From: Candidatus Omnitrophota bacterium
Lineage (GTDB): Bacteria > Omnitrophota > Gorgyraeia > Zapsychrales > Fredricksoniimonadaceae
Length of the DNA: 64,000 nt
NCBI GenBank assembly: GCA_028865345.1
Contig: JAGWKL010000009.1
Span: 7,382 to 71,381, forward strand
Direction: 5' to 3'
The notes under the pieces: generated by a model
Told to the model about the DNA's origin: nothing
The model's database searches: none
What the model saw: the letters and a program-made list of their open reading frames with translations, nothing else
Program-made: the position numbers and the translations under genes
Part shown: positions 41,842 to 51,212 of the stretch, in pieces
Position numbering within the stretch: position 1 is the first letter of the stretch
How the letters are laid out: the number at the start of each line of letters is the position of its first letter

Positions 41842-43230
41842 ATGGATTATCGCATTGAAACCGATAGTATGGGGGAGATCAAGGTCCCTGCCGATAAATA
41901 CTGGGGCGCCCAGACCCAGCGTTCACTGGAGAATTTCAAGATCGGCACAGACAGGTTCCCCAGAGAAATGATCAAGGCGCTGGGTATCCTTAAAAAGGCG
42001 GCCGCATTGACGAATAAAGAACTTAAGACCCTGACCGCGGAGAAGGCGGATTTGATCGTCCGCGCGGCTGATGAAGTGATCGGCGGGGAGCTGGACCGTC
42101 ATTTTCCGCTCGTGGTCTGGCAAACCGGTTCAGGCACCCAGACCAACATGAATGCCAATGAAGTGATCGCCAACCGCGCTATTGAACTATCCGGGGGAGT
42201 CATGGGCAGTAAAAAACCCATTCATCCCAACGACGATGTCAATAAGGCCCAGTCTTCCAATGACACTTTTCCGACGGCCATGCATATCGCCGCCGTTGAA
42301 GAGCTCCACCGGCGCCTGATTCCAATGGTCAAAAAGCTGTGTGAGGCCTTACAAAAAAAAGAAAAAGAATTTCAGGACGTCATTAAGATCGGGCGCACGC
42401 ATTTGATGGATGCGACACCCTTGACGTTGGGGCAGGAATTTTCCGGTTATGTGCAGCAGTTGACCGGAGGCCTGGAACGCATTGAGGCATGCCTGCCGCA
42501 CCTTTATGAATTGGCATTAGGAGGGACCGCTGTCGGCACCGGGCTTAACACGCACCCTCAGTTTGCCGTCAAGGCCGCGGCCCAAATAGCGCAGTTGACC
42601 GGCAAACCTTTTAAAAGCGCCAGGAATAAATTCGAGGCCCTGGCTTCCCATGACAGCCTGGTGTTTTTAAGCGGGGCATTGAACACCCTGGCTGTTTCCT
42701 TGATGAAGATCGCCAATGACGTCCGTTGGCTGGGTTCCGGCCCTCGTTGCGGCATCGGCGAACTGCACCTGCCGGAAAACGAGCCTGGTTCGTCGATCAT
42801 GCCGGGCAAGGTCAACCCTACCCAATGCGAGGCCATGACCATGGTCTGCGTGCAGGTCTTCGGCAATCATGCGGCGGTGACCGTGGCCGGCTCCAACGGA
42901 AATTTCGAATTGAATGTTTATAAACCTGTCATCATTTTCAATTGTCTTAATTCCATACGGCTGCTCGCAGATGCCTGTGAAAGCTTCAGCGACAATTGCG
43001 TCACAGGCATCGAGGCCAACAGCATCAACATCAAAAAGCACCTGGATGATTCCCTGATGCTGGTGACGGCCTTAAATCCGCATATCGGCTACGACAACGC
43101 CGCCAAGGTCGCCAAAAAAGCCTTCGCGGAAAACATCACCCTTAAAGAGGCCGCCGTGCGTTTGGGATTGTTGACCGCTGAAAAATTTGATGCCGCCGTC
43201 CGTCCGCAGGACATGATAGGTCCCCATTAA
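41842..43230 (+). CDS. fumC: Class II fumarate hydratase
   Basis: WQTGSGT and [11 protein letters not shown]. Confidence 0.98.
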   Translation: MDYRIETDSMGEIKVPADKYWGAQTQRSLENFKIGTDRFPREMIKALGILKKAAALTNKELKTLTAEKADLIVRAADEVIGGELDRHFPLVVWQTGSGTQTNMNANEVIANRAIELSGGVMGSKKPIHPNDDVNKAQSSNDTFPTAMHIAAVEELHRRLIPMVKKLCEALQKKEKEFQDVIKIGRTHLMDATPLTLGQEFSGYVQQLTGGLERIEACLPHLYELALGGTAVGTGLNTHPQFAVKAAAQIAQLTGKPFKSARNKFEALASHDSLVFLSGALNTLAVSLMKIANDVRWLGSGPRCGIGELHLPENEPGSSIMPGKVNPTQCEAMTMVCVQVFGNHAAVTVAGSNGNFELNVYKPVIIFNCLNSIRLLADACESFSDNCVTGIEANSINIKKHLDDSLMLVTALNPHIGYDNAAKVAKKAFAENITLKEAAVRLGLLTAEKFDAAVRPQDMIGPH

Positions 43231-43233
43231 AAT

Positions 43234-44337
43234 ATGATCATCGGTGTGCCGAAAGAGATCAAAAACAACGAATGCCGCGTGAGCCTTTTACCCGTCGGAG
43301 TTGAGGCCCTGGTACGTGCGGGCCATCAAGTCCTCATCGAACATAATGCCGGGGCAAACAGCGGTATCTCCGATGTGGATTATCAAACCGTGGGGGCGGA
43401 GATCGTTGATGTGGCGTCAGACGTGTTTGCCCAGGCCCAGATGATCGTCAAGATCAAGGAACCTTTGCCATCCGAATACAAACACCTTAGGAAGGACCAG
43501 ATTGTATTTACATATTTTCATTTTGCCGCCAGTCGACCGCTCACCGAAGCCATGCTGCAGGCCAAGATCACGGCCCTGGCTTATGAGACCCTGCAGACCG
43601 AGCATGGGGAACTGCCGTGTCTGACCCCCATGTCCGAGGTGGCCGGACGCATGGCGGTGCACGAAGGCGCCAAATATTTGGAAGAGCCGATGCACGGCAG
43701 GGGGATTTTATTGGCCGGCGTTCCCGGCGTTTATCCGGCGGAAGTGGTCATTATCGGCGCCGGCGTCGTGGGTTCCAATGCCTGTAAAATGGCCGCAGGA
43801 TTAGGGGCCAATGTCACGGTCCTGGACATCAATTTAAACCGCCTGAGGTATTTGGAAGAGATCATGCCGCCCAATGTCCATACCCTGATGAGCAATTCCC
43901 ATAATATCCGGGAAGCCGTGCTTAAGGCAGATTTGGTCATCAGCTCTGTGCTTATCCGCGGGGCCAAATCGCCGTGCGTGATCGACCGCAAATTGGTTTC
44001 CCAGATGAAAAAAGGGGCCGTGATCGTTGATGTGGCCATTGATCAGGGCGGGTCCATCGAAACATCCCAGCCCACGACTCATGACAACCCTGTTTATGTG
44101 GTCGACGGGGTGGTGCATTATTGCGTCACCAATATGCCCGGGGCGGTCGCCCGTACCAGCACCTGGGCCCTGGCCAACGCGACATTTCCCTATATCCTGA
44201 AAGTCGCCAACGACGGCTACAGGAAATGGGCCAAGGAGTCCCATGAGATCCGCACGGCCCTGAACATGACGGAAGGGCATTTGACCATCGCCGAGGTGGC
44301 CGAGACCTTTGACATTCCTTATAAGAAATTTACTTAG
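43234..44337 (+). CDS. ald: Alanine dehydrogenase
   Basis: IGVPKEIKNNE, PMSEVAGR, DVAIDQGG and NMPGAV. Confidence 0.97.
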   Translation: MIIGVPKEIKNNECRVSLLPVGVEALVRAGHQVLIEHNAGANSGISDVDYQTVGAEIVDVASDVFAQAQMIVKIKEPLPSEYKHLRKDQIVFTYFHFAASRPLTEAMLQAKITALAYETLQTEHGELPCLTPMSEVAGRMAVHEGAKYLEEPMHGRGILLAGVPGVYPAEVVIIGAGVVGSNACKMAAGLGANVTVLDINLNRLRYLEEIMPPNVHTLMSNSHNIREAVLKADLVISSVLIRGAKSPCVIDRKLVSQMKKGAVIVDVAIDQGGSIETSQPTTHDNPVYVVDGVVHYCVTNMPGAVARTSTWALANATFPYILKVANDGYRKWAKESHEIRTALNMTEGHLTIAEVAETFDIPYKKFT

Positions 44338-44382
44338 AATAAATCAATTGACGGCAAGAATTGAGAAATTACAATAACTAAT

Positions 44383-44736
44383 ATGACATCTTACGAAGAT
44401 CGCCGGGACAGTGTACGGGCCAGACGCATCATCACCGTCCGCCACCGTCTCGTTAAACACAACAACCGGAAAATTGATTCCATCTGGCAGCTGGCCACGA
44501 CAGAAAATATGTCCTTGAGCGGCCTGCTTTTTGTCAGCGCCTTGCCGTACCATCCCGATGACGTTATTGAGCTTAATATCATCATGTCCGGTGTCATCGA
44601 TATTTTTAACGGCTTCGGCAAGGTCGTCCGGGTGATCCGCAATAAAGGCGGTTACCATAAGGTGGCCGTAAGGTATGTCGATCTCAAAGCCAGGCGCCGG
44701 CCGGCTAAGTCTATTCTTACCTCAACCAAACAATGA
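44383..44736 (+). CDS. PilZ domain protein
   Basis: DRRDSVR (RxxxR) and NMSLSG (D/NxSxxG). TTGACG-16-TACAAT promoter ends 7 nt upstream. Confidence 0.85.
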   Translation: MTSYEDRRDSVRARRIITVRHRLVKHNNRKIDSIWQLATTENMSLSGLLFVSALPYHPDDVIELNIIMSGVIDIFNGFGKVVRVIRNKGGYHKVAVRYVDLKARRRPAKSILTSTKQ

Positions 44737-46319
44737 AAAAAACTTCTTTTGTTGTCTGGCTCATCCTGGTGGTGGAATTCCTCTATATTTTTGCCTTTCT
44801 GATGAATTATGATTTCGCCTGGGTCAACCAGGAGAAATTCGGCGTACACCAATGGATCCTCTCCAATGGTTCCCAGTGGCATAAAGAAGATTGGACCAAA
44901 TTCCTCAACATCAATGTGATCGAATGCAACCCTTACCGTTTATCACGCCCGCTGTCCAATTTTGTCGAAGTTGTTGATACGAAATTCCGGGCCTGGTTAT
45001 GGAATTTTATACCCCCGCATCCGTCACTTTCCCTGCAATGGCCGTTCATGTTCATCCTGTTGCCCTGGCTTTTATATCAAACCTTTGTGAATATGGGGTG
45101 TTATCCTTTCATGGCCCTGGCCGGGGCCTGCCTTTATATATCTTCTCCCGGGTTTTTAGGGCCTTTGGTGATGCTTTTTCATCCTGCCAAGAGCCTTGCC
45201 AATTTCTTTGGCGTCCTTTCCATGTATTTCTTTTCCATAAACTACAAGCGAGAGTTTTCCTTACCCAAAAATGAAGAAGCCTCCCGCCAAAGGCGGGGCG
45301 GGGGAGTGTTATTCATAGCCGGATTGCTGGCTTTATACCTGGCGTTTATTTCCGATGAAACAGGACTTTATATGTATGTGGTCGTACTTTTACTTTTTTT
45401 CCGTTTATGGCTGCGCTCATGGCAAGAGAAACGCTACGGAATTTTTGCCGGTTTATTGGCCATGCCGATTCTCTATTGGGCCACGATCAAAGTTTTCCTG
45501 CCATATCTGCATTGGGCCGTCATGGGCGTAAAGATCAATTTGGCCAGTTATGAATCCTACCCGTCTTTAAAATCCTTATTTTGGCCGAATTGGCATTTTC
45601 TCTGGCTGAATACAAGGTTCCTGTTTGCCGACCATCCTCATCTTTTGATCAATTACAAGCAGCTGTTAAGCCATCCGTTGATATTAAGCATTCAGATCGT
45701 TTATGTGCTGCTGTTTTTATGGATGGTATTTTTGTTTTTTAGATCAGCGCTTAAGAATAAAAATGATCCCCGGCAAATAGACTTTCTTAAATTAACGGTC
45801 ATCGGAGTTTTACTGTTGCTCGGGTATTGTTTTTTTCAGACCTTCCAATTGTCCAAGAACGCCAAAGCATGGGGAATTTGGTGGTACGGCAGCCTTTTTT
45901 CTTTGATCTATACCGTGGCCCTGGTTTTCTTTCTGCAATTTATTTGTTCTCATTACCAATGGCTGCGTAAATGGTCGGCTGTAATTATTTTCATCTTTGT
46001 ACTTAATACTATGACTTTCACCACCTACCGTCTTGCAATTTGTAAAATGCAGAATCTCAACCGTACCGCTTACAGCTTCATGGACATATTCAAAGGCAGG
46101 GTGGATCCGTACGGATTCGACTTTGACGAATTCTTTGATAAAAGCTATTGCAGACAAATGTATACCTATATGTATTGGCTGCATTGGAAGGGCCTTCCCG
46201 ATAATATTGATCCCCGGAAAATAAATAAATGCTTCTCCAGGTATTTAAGCAGTGATCTTTACTTTTTTACAGAAGAAGATGGCTATCTGCCGGCAGAACT
46301 CGGTCAGCCGCCGTCCTAA
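44733..46319 (+). CDS. Polytopic membrane protein, possibly GT-C-like
   Basis: Many TM segments, an extracytoplasmic N-terminal loop (RPLSN) and a DETG motif. Function is an inference. Confidence 0.6.
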   Translation: MKKTSFVVWLILVVEFLYIFAFLMNYDFAWVNQEKFGVHQWILSNGSQWHKEDWTKFLNINVIECNPYRLSRPLSNFVEVVDTKFRAWLWNFIPPHPSLSLQWPFMFILLPWLLYQTFVNMGCYPFMALAGACLYISSPGFLGPLVMLFHPAKSLANFFGVLSMYFFSINYKREFSLPKNEEASRQRRGGGVLFIAGLLALYLAFISDETGLYMYVVVLLLFFRLWLRSWQEKRYGIFAGLLAMPILYWATIKVFLPYLHWAVMGVKINLASYESYPSLKSLFWPNWHFLWLNTRFLFADHPHLLINYKQLLSHPLILSIQIVYVLLFLWMVFLFFRSALKNKNDPRQIDFLKLTVIGVLLLLGYCFFQTFQLSKNAKAWGIWWYGSLFSLIYTVALVFFLQFICSHYQWLRKWSAVIIFIFVLNTMTFTTYRLAICKMQNLNRTAYSFMDIFKGRVDPYGFDFDEFFDKSYCRQMYTYMYWLHWKGLPDNIDPRKINKCFSRYLSSDLYFFTEEDGYLPAELGQPPS

Positions 46320-46322
46320 CGC

Positions 46323-46997
46323 ATGACCGAAATTAGAATAGATAAGCTGATCAGAAGCCGGCGCAAGACCATCGGCCTGCAGATAACCGGTGATGCCAAG
46401 CTTATTGTCCGGGCCCCGCTTTTTGCTCCCCAAAACTTCATCGAAGAGCTTATCCAACGCAAACAATCCTGGATCAGGGCCAAACAGGACTTTTATAAGG
46501 TGCGGCAAAGGCAGGTACGGAGATTCATCCCTGGGGAAGAATTCCTGTTTTTAGGCCAAAGTTATCCGTTGGTTGCGGCAGAAGATCTGCCCAAAGCGAT
46601 CGTCTTTGATGGTCATTTAAGGATTTCCAGCCTGGTTTTGGCCAATGCGCGCCAACATCTGGAAAGCTGGTACAAAGCCCAGGCTTTTGAATATATTGCC
46701 CAAAGAGTGCAGCATTTTGCCAAATTGGCAGGGTTAGGCTATAAATCCATAAAGATCAATAGGGCAACAACGCGTTGGGGGTCCTGCGGGCCTAAAGATA
46801 CCCTGAACTTCAGCTGGAGGCTGATCATGGCACCGTGCGATGTGGTGGATTATGTGGTCATCCATGAGCTGATGCACTTAAAGCAGAAGAACCATTCGCG
46901 TAAATTTTGGGCAGAGGTGGCAGGAATGATGCCGGAGTACAGGCAACAAGAGCGCTGGCTTAGGGCAAAGGGGCATTTGCTGGCATGGCCTGAATGA
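46323..46997 (+). CDS. YgjP/DUF45 (M48/SprT-like) metal-dependent hydrolase
   Basis: RSRRKT, RWGSC, YVVIHELMH and NHSRKFW. Confidence 0.9.
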   Translation: MTEIRIDKLIRSRRKTIGLQITGDAKLIVRAPLFAPQNFIEELIQRKQSWIRAKQDFYKVRQRQVRRFIPGEEFLFLGQSYPLVAAEDLPKAIVFDGHLRISSLVLANARQHLESWYKAQAFEYIAQRVQHFAKLAGLGYKSIKINRATTRWGSCGPKDTLNFSWRLIMAPCDVVDYVVIHELMHLKQKNHSRKFWAEVAGMMPEYRQQERWLRAKGHLLAWPE

Positions 46998-47018
46998 ATA
47001 TCATTTCCCTGTATAACA

Positions 47019-47046
47019 ACTTAACATAACATATATTATAGGAAGA
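47019..47046 (-). other. dif-like XerC/XerD recombination site (probable chromosome terminus)
   Basis: Minus strand reads TCTTCCTATAA-TATATG-TTATGTTAAGT (11-6-11), close to known dif sites. Gene orientation converges here. Confidence 0.88.
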
Positions 47047-47085
47047 ACTTTTAAAGAGAACTAAGGGGCTGGAATTGATCCGTTT

Positions 47086-48300
47086 TCATGGCTTAACGCA
47101 GCTAGTCAGCTCCTTCGCCCATTGTTTTCCTTTCGTATTTAATAAGTTTTCCATACCTTTTAATCTGTCTTGAGTCCTTTCTTTTAGAGATAGTTCTTTA
47201 ATCAAGGTAAGATGTCTTTTTAAGAATGCTATAACTAAATTTAAGCTTCCCTTTTCCTTTGAAATTATGTTTCCCAATCGTTCACCATTGTAGTCAAAGC
47301 AACTAAAAAAAGCTTGGTACTTTCTTTTGAGAAATAGCTCTTTTTCGATAGTTACATCATCGTAAAAAAAATTGAAAATTTTTATCAAATCTGAATTTCT
47401 GAAATATCCAACCTGGTAAGCCCTTGCATCTGCAAAAGCGTAAATTGGTTGAACGCTCGTTTTAGCATAATTGGACAGGCTTTTACATATGCCTTCAATA
47501 AACAGTTTAGAGCCTGAAACAAAGCTTACGCGCCATCGATTAGATGAAAAGCTGATGCTGCCGTCACCATCAAAATATCCGCGAATAAAGTGACTATATA
47601 AAATTTCAGGTAAAACAGGAAATTTATCATCTAAGCTTTTATTAGGCGTTAACCCCAAGGCAAGCAAGTCATTAATCATGACCTTATTGCCTATAGTTAA
47701 AGTATATAACTCTTGTTTAACTTGTCTAGTAATTTTGTGCTCTGAATCCATTAAATCTCTAATTTTATATAAAATTTCCGGTTCTTTTTGACTAATGGAA
47801 AATTGATTAAGCTGGTTGCCCAAATTCCCATCTGAATAGATAAAACCAAGCACATAGGCCATTTCTGGCGTTTGCTGTTTAAAAAAAGCCTCGTTTATTG
47901 AACTGAACCCAACATTTTTGCCTTTCTTTTTTGCCTCTCCCCTTGCTGCTGATTTACTCCGTATAGCAAGGCCGTACTTTCTAAGCAATAATAGAATATA
48001 AGCCCTTGAACAATTATGAAGCTTAGCAATGTCCCCCATCGACATTTTCTGTTCACAATATAATTCCTTGAGCCGATCTTCAGTTAATTGAGAAATGATG
48101 GCGCTTTTGACCCGTTGTTTTTGAGTTGCAGAAATCTTTTTTTTAATACTCGACAAATGCTTTAGATAAGACCCATGATCATTTCTATCAAAATCCCCTG
48201 TTCCTCTGATTACAAATTTATGGTAACAGTTTCGACAATAGCCCTTGGAATGATGTGGCTTATTCTGTAAGCATCCCTTGCAAGTGGTCAAAGTTTGCAT
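47086..48300 (-). CDS. Free-standing double-motif LAGLIDADG endonuclease with N-terminal Zn-finger and HTH
   Basis: YVLGFIYSDG and FIRGYFDGDG motifs; CKGC...HHSKGYCRNC; MGDIAKLHNCSRAYI. Visibly AT-rich. Confidence 0.85.
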   Translation of the reverse strand: MQTLTTCKGCLQNKPHHSKGYCRNCYHKFVIRGTGDFDRNDHGSYLKHLSSIKKKISATQKQRVKSAIISQLTEDRLKELYCEQKMSMGDIAKLHNCSRAYILLLLRKYGLAIRSKSAARGEAKKKGKNVGFSSINEAFFKQQTPEMAYVLGFIYSDGNLGNQLNQFSISQKEPEILYKIRDLMDSEHKITRQVKQELYTLTIGNKVMINDLLALGLTPNKSLDDKFPVLPEILYSHFIRGYFDGDGSISFSSNRWRVSFVSGSKLFIEGICKSLSNYAKTSVQPIYAFADARAYQVGYFRNSDLIKIFNFFYDDVTIEKELFLKRKYQAFFSCFDYNGERLGNIISKEKGSLNLVIAFLKRHLTLIKELSLKERTQDRLKGMENLLNTKGKQWAKELTSCVKP

Positions 48301-48336
48301 AAAACACCCTTAAATACAAAATACATCTATTTCAGC

Positions 48337-48654
48337 CTACTTAACAGGCTGTAATTCATAATGTACGCCTTCATTTTCTTGTAATAGATGGATCACTTCA
48401 AAAAGATTATTAGCTGTTGGATTTCCGGTAACACTAAACATGCGCATCAGGCTTTTGGGGTCTTTATGGGTCAATCTAGACAGTTTTTCAAAGCCAACAG
48501 TCGCATTAATATAATCACGTAACAACGCTTTACCTGTTTTAATATCTCCTGAAAGCATGGATTCAATACTTTCACGAAGAATTCCCTCACGGAATTCCTT
48601 GTCTTGTAAGGCTCGAGCCTGAACTGTTTCCTTGAAATTACGCGTAATTGTCAT
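48337..48654 (-). CDS. HTH antitoxin (addiction-module antidote type)
   Basis: LRDYINATVGFEKLS...SLMRMFS..GNPTANNLF. Downstream of a RelE-like gene. Confidence 0.82.
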   Translation of the reverse strand: MTITRNFKETVQARALQDKEFREGILRESIESMLSGDIKTGKALLRDYINATVGFEKLSRLTHKDPKSLMRMFSVTGNPTANNLFEVIHLLQENEGVHYELQPVK

Positions 48655-48659
48655 CGCTT

Positions 48660-48983
48660 TTAACCTTTTTTACGCCGTTTATATTCATCCCAAAGCAAAT
48701 AGGCATGGTCGATATCTTTTTGTTGACGTTTCTTTGTTCCGCCCCCTAAAAGAATGATCAATTTATCCCCATCTTTACCAATATAAACCCGGTAACCAGG
48801 CCCCCAGTCAATAATCACTTCTTGAAAAGCACCGTTAATCGGTTTTAAATTCGAACAATTCCCCTGCTCAATACGAGTCAAATAAACATTCACTTTATTT
48901 GCTGCATGAGCATCAAGGCTATTAAACCAGTCAGCAAACGGGCTTTTTCCATCTATAGTTATATATTCCTCAACTATGATCAT
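48660..48983 (-). CDS. RelE/ParE-family toxin (addiction-module killer type)
   Basis: PFADWFNSLD, IDWGPGYRVY and LLGGGTKKRQQKDI. Confidence 0.88.
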   Translation of the reverse strand: MIIVEEYITIDGKSPFADWFNSLDAHAANKVNVYLTRIEQGNCSNLKPINGAFQEVIIDWGPGYRVYIGKDGDKLIILLGGGTKKRQQKDIDHAYLLWDEYKRRKKG

Positions 48984-48994
48984 GCCCTACCTAT

Positions 48995-49023
48995 AAAGTA
49001 ACATATAAGTTACTTATATGCAA
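48995..49023 (-). promoter_or_regulatory. TA promoter with overlapping operator palindrome
   Basis: Minus-strand TTGCAT-17-TACTTT. Inverted repeat AAGTAAC-6-GTTACTT at 48996-49015. Confidence 0.7.
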
Positions 49024-49167
49024 ATTAAATTGATTAAAAAATTGGGGGAATTTGATTGTTTTTATTGCTGTCCGCTTGGGGGGGAAGATCGATGAAAAGA
49101 TTATACAAGCCAAACCACCGCCGCACCAGAGAAAAACTACCTTGCGACTTCATCTCAAGGGCTGGCC

Positions 49168-50100
49168 TCAAGAAAAGGAGGCACAAATCCCCTTCGGGGC
49201 TTTATGTCCCCTTTTCTTGTGCGGGAAATGGCTGGGCCCGTAGGGCCGTAACCAGTATTTGAGCTTGCACTTTCTTACCCGTGTACCATACCTGAAATGA
49301 TCGGCGAACTGGTGGATGAGATACCAGAACTCCTTTTCCGTCAGGTCCTGTTTCATGGCGTTGACCATCCTGGAAGTGATCACCAGTCTCTTGGGGTTGG
49401 CCGGTGTCCAGTGGTCAAAGGTCAAATACCATGGACTGTGCTCATCAAATAGATCCAGCTCCATGCCGGTGTAATAGCAGATATAACCGTACTTGCGTAT
49501 ATAGTCCCAAATGGCTTTTCTGGCCTTTAAGGGGAAACGTTCCATGACCATGCGCTTGGCGATGGTCGAACACTGCGGGCAATATTTGTGCCATCTATTG
49601 GCTGTGGGCTGGCGGCCGCAACCGGCACAACACCGCTGTCCATGAAGGAGCTTTGGCAATCTGTACCAATGTTTCAGATGCCTCTTTTTGACCTTCAGAT
49701 GTTTTCTTCTGTGATCGTCGAGTGCGATCACATAATACCTAAACTCTTTTTGGGTCATGTCCTGCTTCATGTCGTTGACGATGGCGGCACAAATGACAAT
49801 CTTGATGGGATCTCCCGGCCTCCAATGGTCAAAATCAAGATACCAGGGGCTTGTTTCATCGTCTAACTCTAAAGCGACTTTTATGTAATAATCCCTATAG
49901 TATTGGGCACGGATATATTCCCGTACGCCCTGCTGGGCCTTGGCAGGGAATCTCTTTCTATGCATCCGGCGGGTTGTTTTGAGGCAGTCCCGGCAATAGA
50001 TGGACCAGTTGGAAAAGACCTTTTTGCGGCCGCACATGCAGCAGGTTTTTAAAGGTTTTCTGGAGAGGTGGTGAGCTTTAAGGGGCATATTGACATGCAC
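49168..50100 (-). CDS. Protein with two tandem Zn-finger plus HNH-like (His-Me finger) modules
   Basis: Two homologous halves, each CxxC..CxxC...SPWYLxFDHWxP...VNxMKQDxTxKEF. Confidence 0.7.
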   Translation of the reverse strand: MHVNMPLKAHHLSRKPLKTCCMCGRKKVFSNWSIYCRDCLKTTRRMHRKRFPAKAQQGVREYIRAQYYRDYYIKVALELDDETSPWYLDFDHWRPGDPIKIVICAAIVNDMKQDMTQKEFRYYVIALDDHRRKHLKVKKRHLKHWYRLPKLLHGQRCCAGCGRQPTANRWHKYCPQCSTIAKRMVMERFPLKARKAIWDYIRKYGYICYYTGMELDLFDEHSPWYLTFDHWTPANPKRLVITSRMVNAMKQDLTEKEFWYLIHQFADHFRYGTRVRKCKLKYWLRPYGPSHFPHKKRGHKAPKGICASFS

Positions 50101-50118
50101 TTAATTTTAAAAGTGCGC

Positions 50119-50442
50119 CTACCTCTTAAACACAAACGCAAGAAACATGCCGGCATACAGGCAAAAAACCAACATGCAGATGAAAGAAATTTTCTTTCTT
50201 TGAGCGATCAACGAATTTAATCCCGGGTCCTTCAAAGCAAGATACTCTTCCTTGTCCTCAAAAGCTTTCATGAGAGCTTTATCCGCTTTCGAAGTGCTGG
50301 GTACCCAGGAAGGCTTATTCAGCTTTTCCCATACCGAAGGATGCTTGAATTGCAGATATTTGACAAACCTCAAATTAAAATAAACGACCAAAAAAAGGGT
50401 AATGACAAGGACAACAAACAAAATCTGCAAAAAAATGCTCAT
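50119..50442 (-). CDS. Small two-TM hypothetical protein
   Basis: N- and C-terminal hydrophobic helices; GAGGAGG RBS. Confidence 0.65.
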   Translation of the reverse strand: MSIFLQILFVVLVITLFLVVYFNLRFVKYLQFKHPSVWEKLNKPSWVPSTSKADKALMKAFEDKEEYLALKDPGLNSLIAQRKKISFICMLVFCLYAGMFLAFVFKR

Positions 50443-50465
50443 ACTAAAACCTCCTCATTGAAACA

Positions 50466-50918
50466 TCATCTGGCTTCCGGGATTTCCGGCTCGACGAGCA
50501 TCGCTAAAAGAGTCAGGGATTCCTGCCAGCCCAAATAGCACATTTCCGTAGGGATAGCCGTCGGTATGCCTTCCTGAACTATATTCAAGTCAACCCCACA
50601 AGACACCTTTTTAATGGTAATGGTTGTTTGCATTTCACCGGGCATATTGGGATCGTCAAAACTGTCCGTATAACGGATAAGCTTATTGGGCGCCAATTCA
50701 ATGATTTTCCCGCCGAAGGAATGCGAATGCCCTGTCGTAAAATTGGTAAACGTTATTTTATAAGAACCGCCGACCTTGGCGTCCAAGTGATGCACCTTGC
50801 ACGTAAATCCGTTGGGCGCAAGCCATTTGGCCTTGGCATCGGGATCAAGGAATGCTTTATATAGCTTTTCAGGCGTGGTTCTCAGTACGCGATGAAGTTG
50901 GATAGCACCTCCGGCCAT
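50466..50918 (-). CDS. SRPBCC/AHSA1-family protein
   Basis: LHRVLRTTPEKLYKAFLD, KVGGSY and CYLGWQESL. Confidence 0.9.
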   Translation of the reverse strand: MAGGAIQLHRVLRTTPEKLYKAFLDPDAKAKWLAPNGFTCKVHHLDAKVGGSYKITFTNFTTGHSHSFGGKIIELAPNKLIRYTDSFDDPNMPGEMQTTITIKKVSCGVDLNIVQEGIPTAIPTEMCYLGWQESLTLLAMLVEPEIPEAR

Positions 50919-50977
50919 ACCAATCCCCTCTCTTTTAAAAGTAAGATTACTGCGGAAAGTAAATTAATTCAAGTTAT

Positions 50978-51127
50978 TTAGCGATGGTCAAAATCCTCAT
51001 CCTCATGGTGGTGATGACGATACCACCAAGGATGATAATGATGGTCGACGTCCACATAACAGCCTGAAAATTGAATGGCCATTATCAGAACACCCAAGCC
51101 CAAGATTTCTTTTTTTATTATAAACAT
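50978..51127 (-). CDS. Small His-rich lipoprotein (49 aa), below the ORF-track cutoff
   Basis: MFIIKKEILGLGVLIMAIQFSG-CYVDVDHHYHPWWYRHHHHEDEDFDHR; AGGAG RBS. Confidence 0.72.
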   Translation of the reverse strand: MFIIKKEILGLGVLIMAIQFSGCYVDVDHHYHPWWYRHHHHEDEDFDHR

Positions 51128-51150
51128 ATACTCTCCTTTTTTGCCTTAAT

Positions 51151-51172
51151 TTATGAGTTAATTATGAGTTAA
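51151..51172. promoter_or_regulatory. Tandem 11-bp direct repeat (possible regulator binding site)
   Basis: TTATGAGTTAA twice (51151-51161 and 51162-51172), upstream of the His-rich lipoprotein gene. Confidence 0.45.
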
Positions 51173-51212
51173 CCAAAATTAAGACAAAATGAAAACAAGA
51201 TTACGGCGGATT

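Noticed and set aside
47086-48300. Intein or group I intron hosting the LAGLIDADG ORF
   Set aside because: No interrupted host gene, no intein splicing termini and too little flanking sequence for an intron core.
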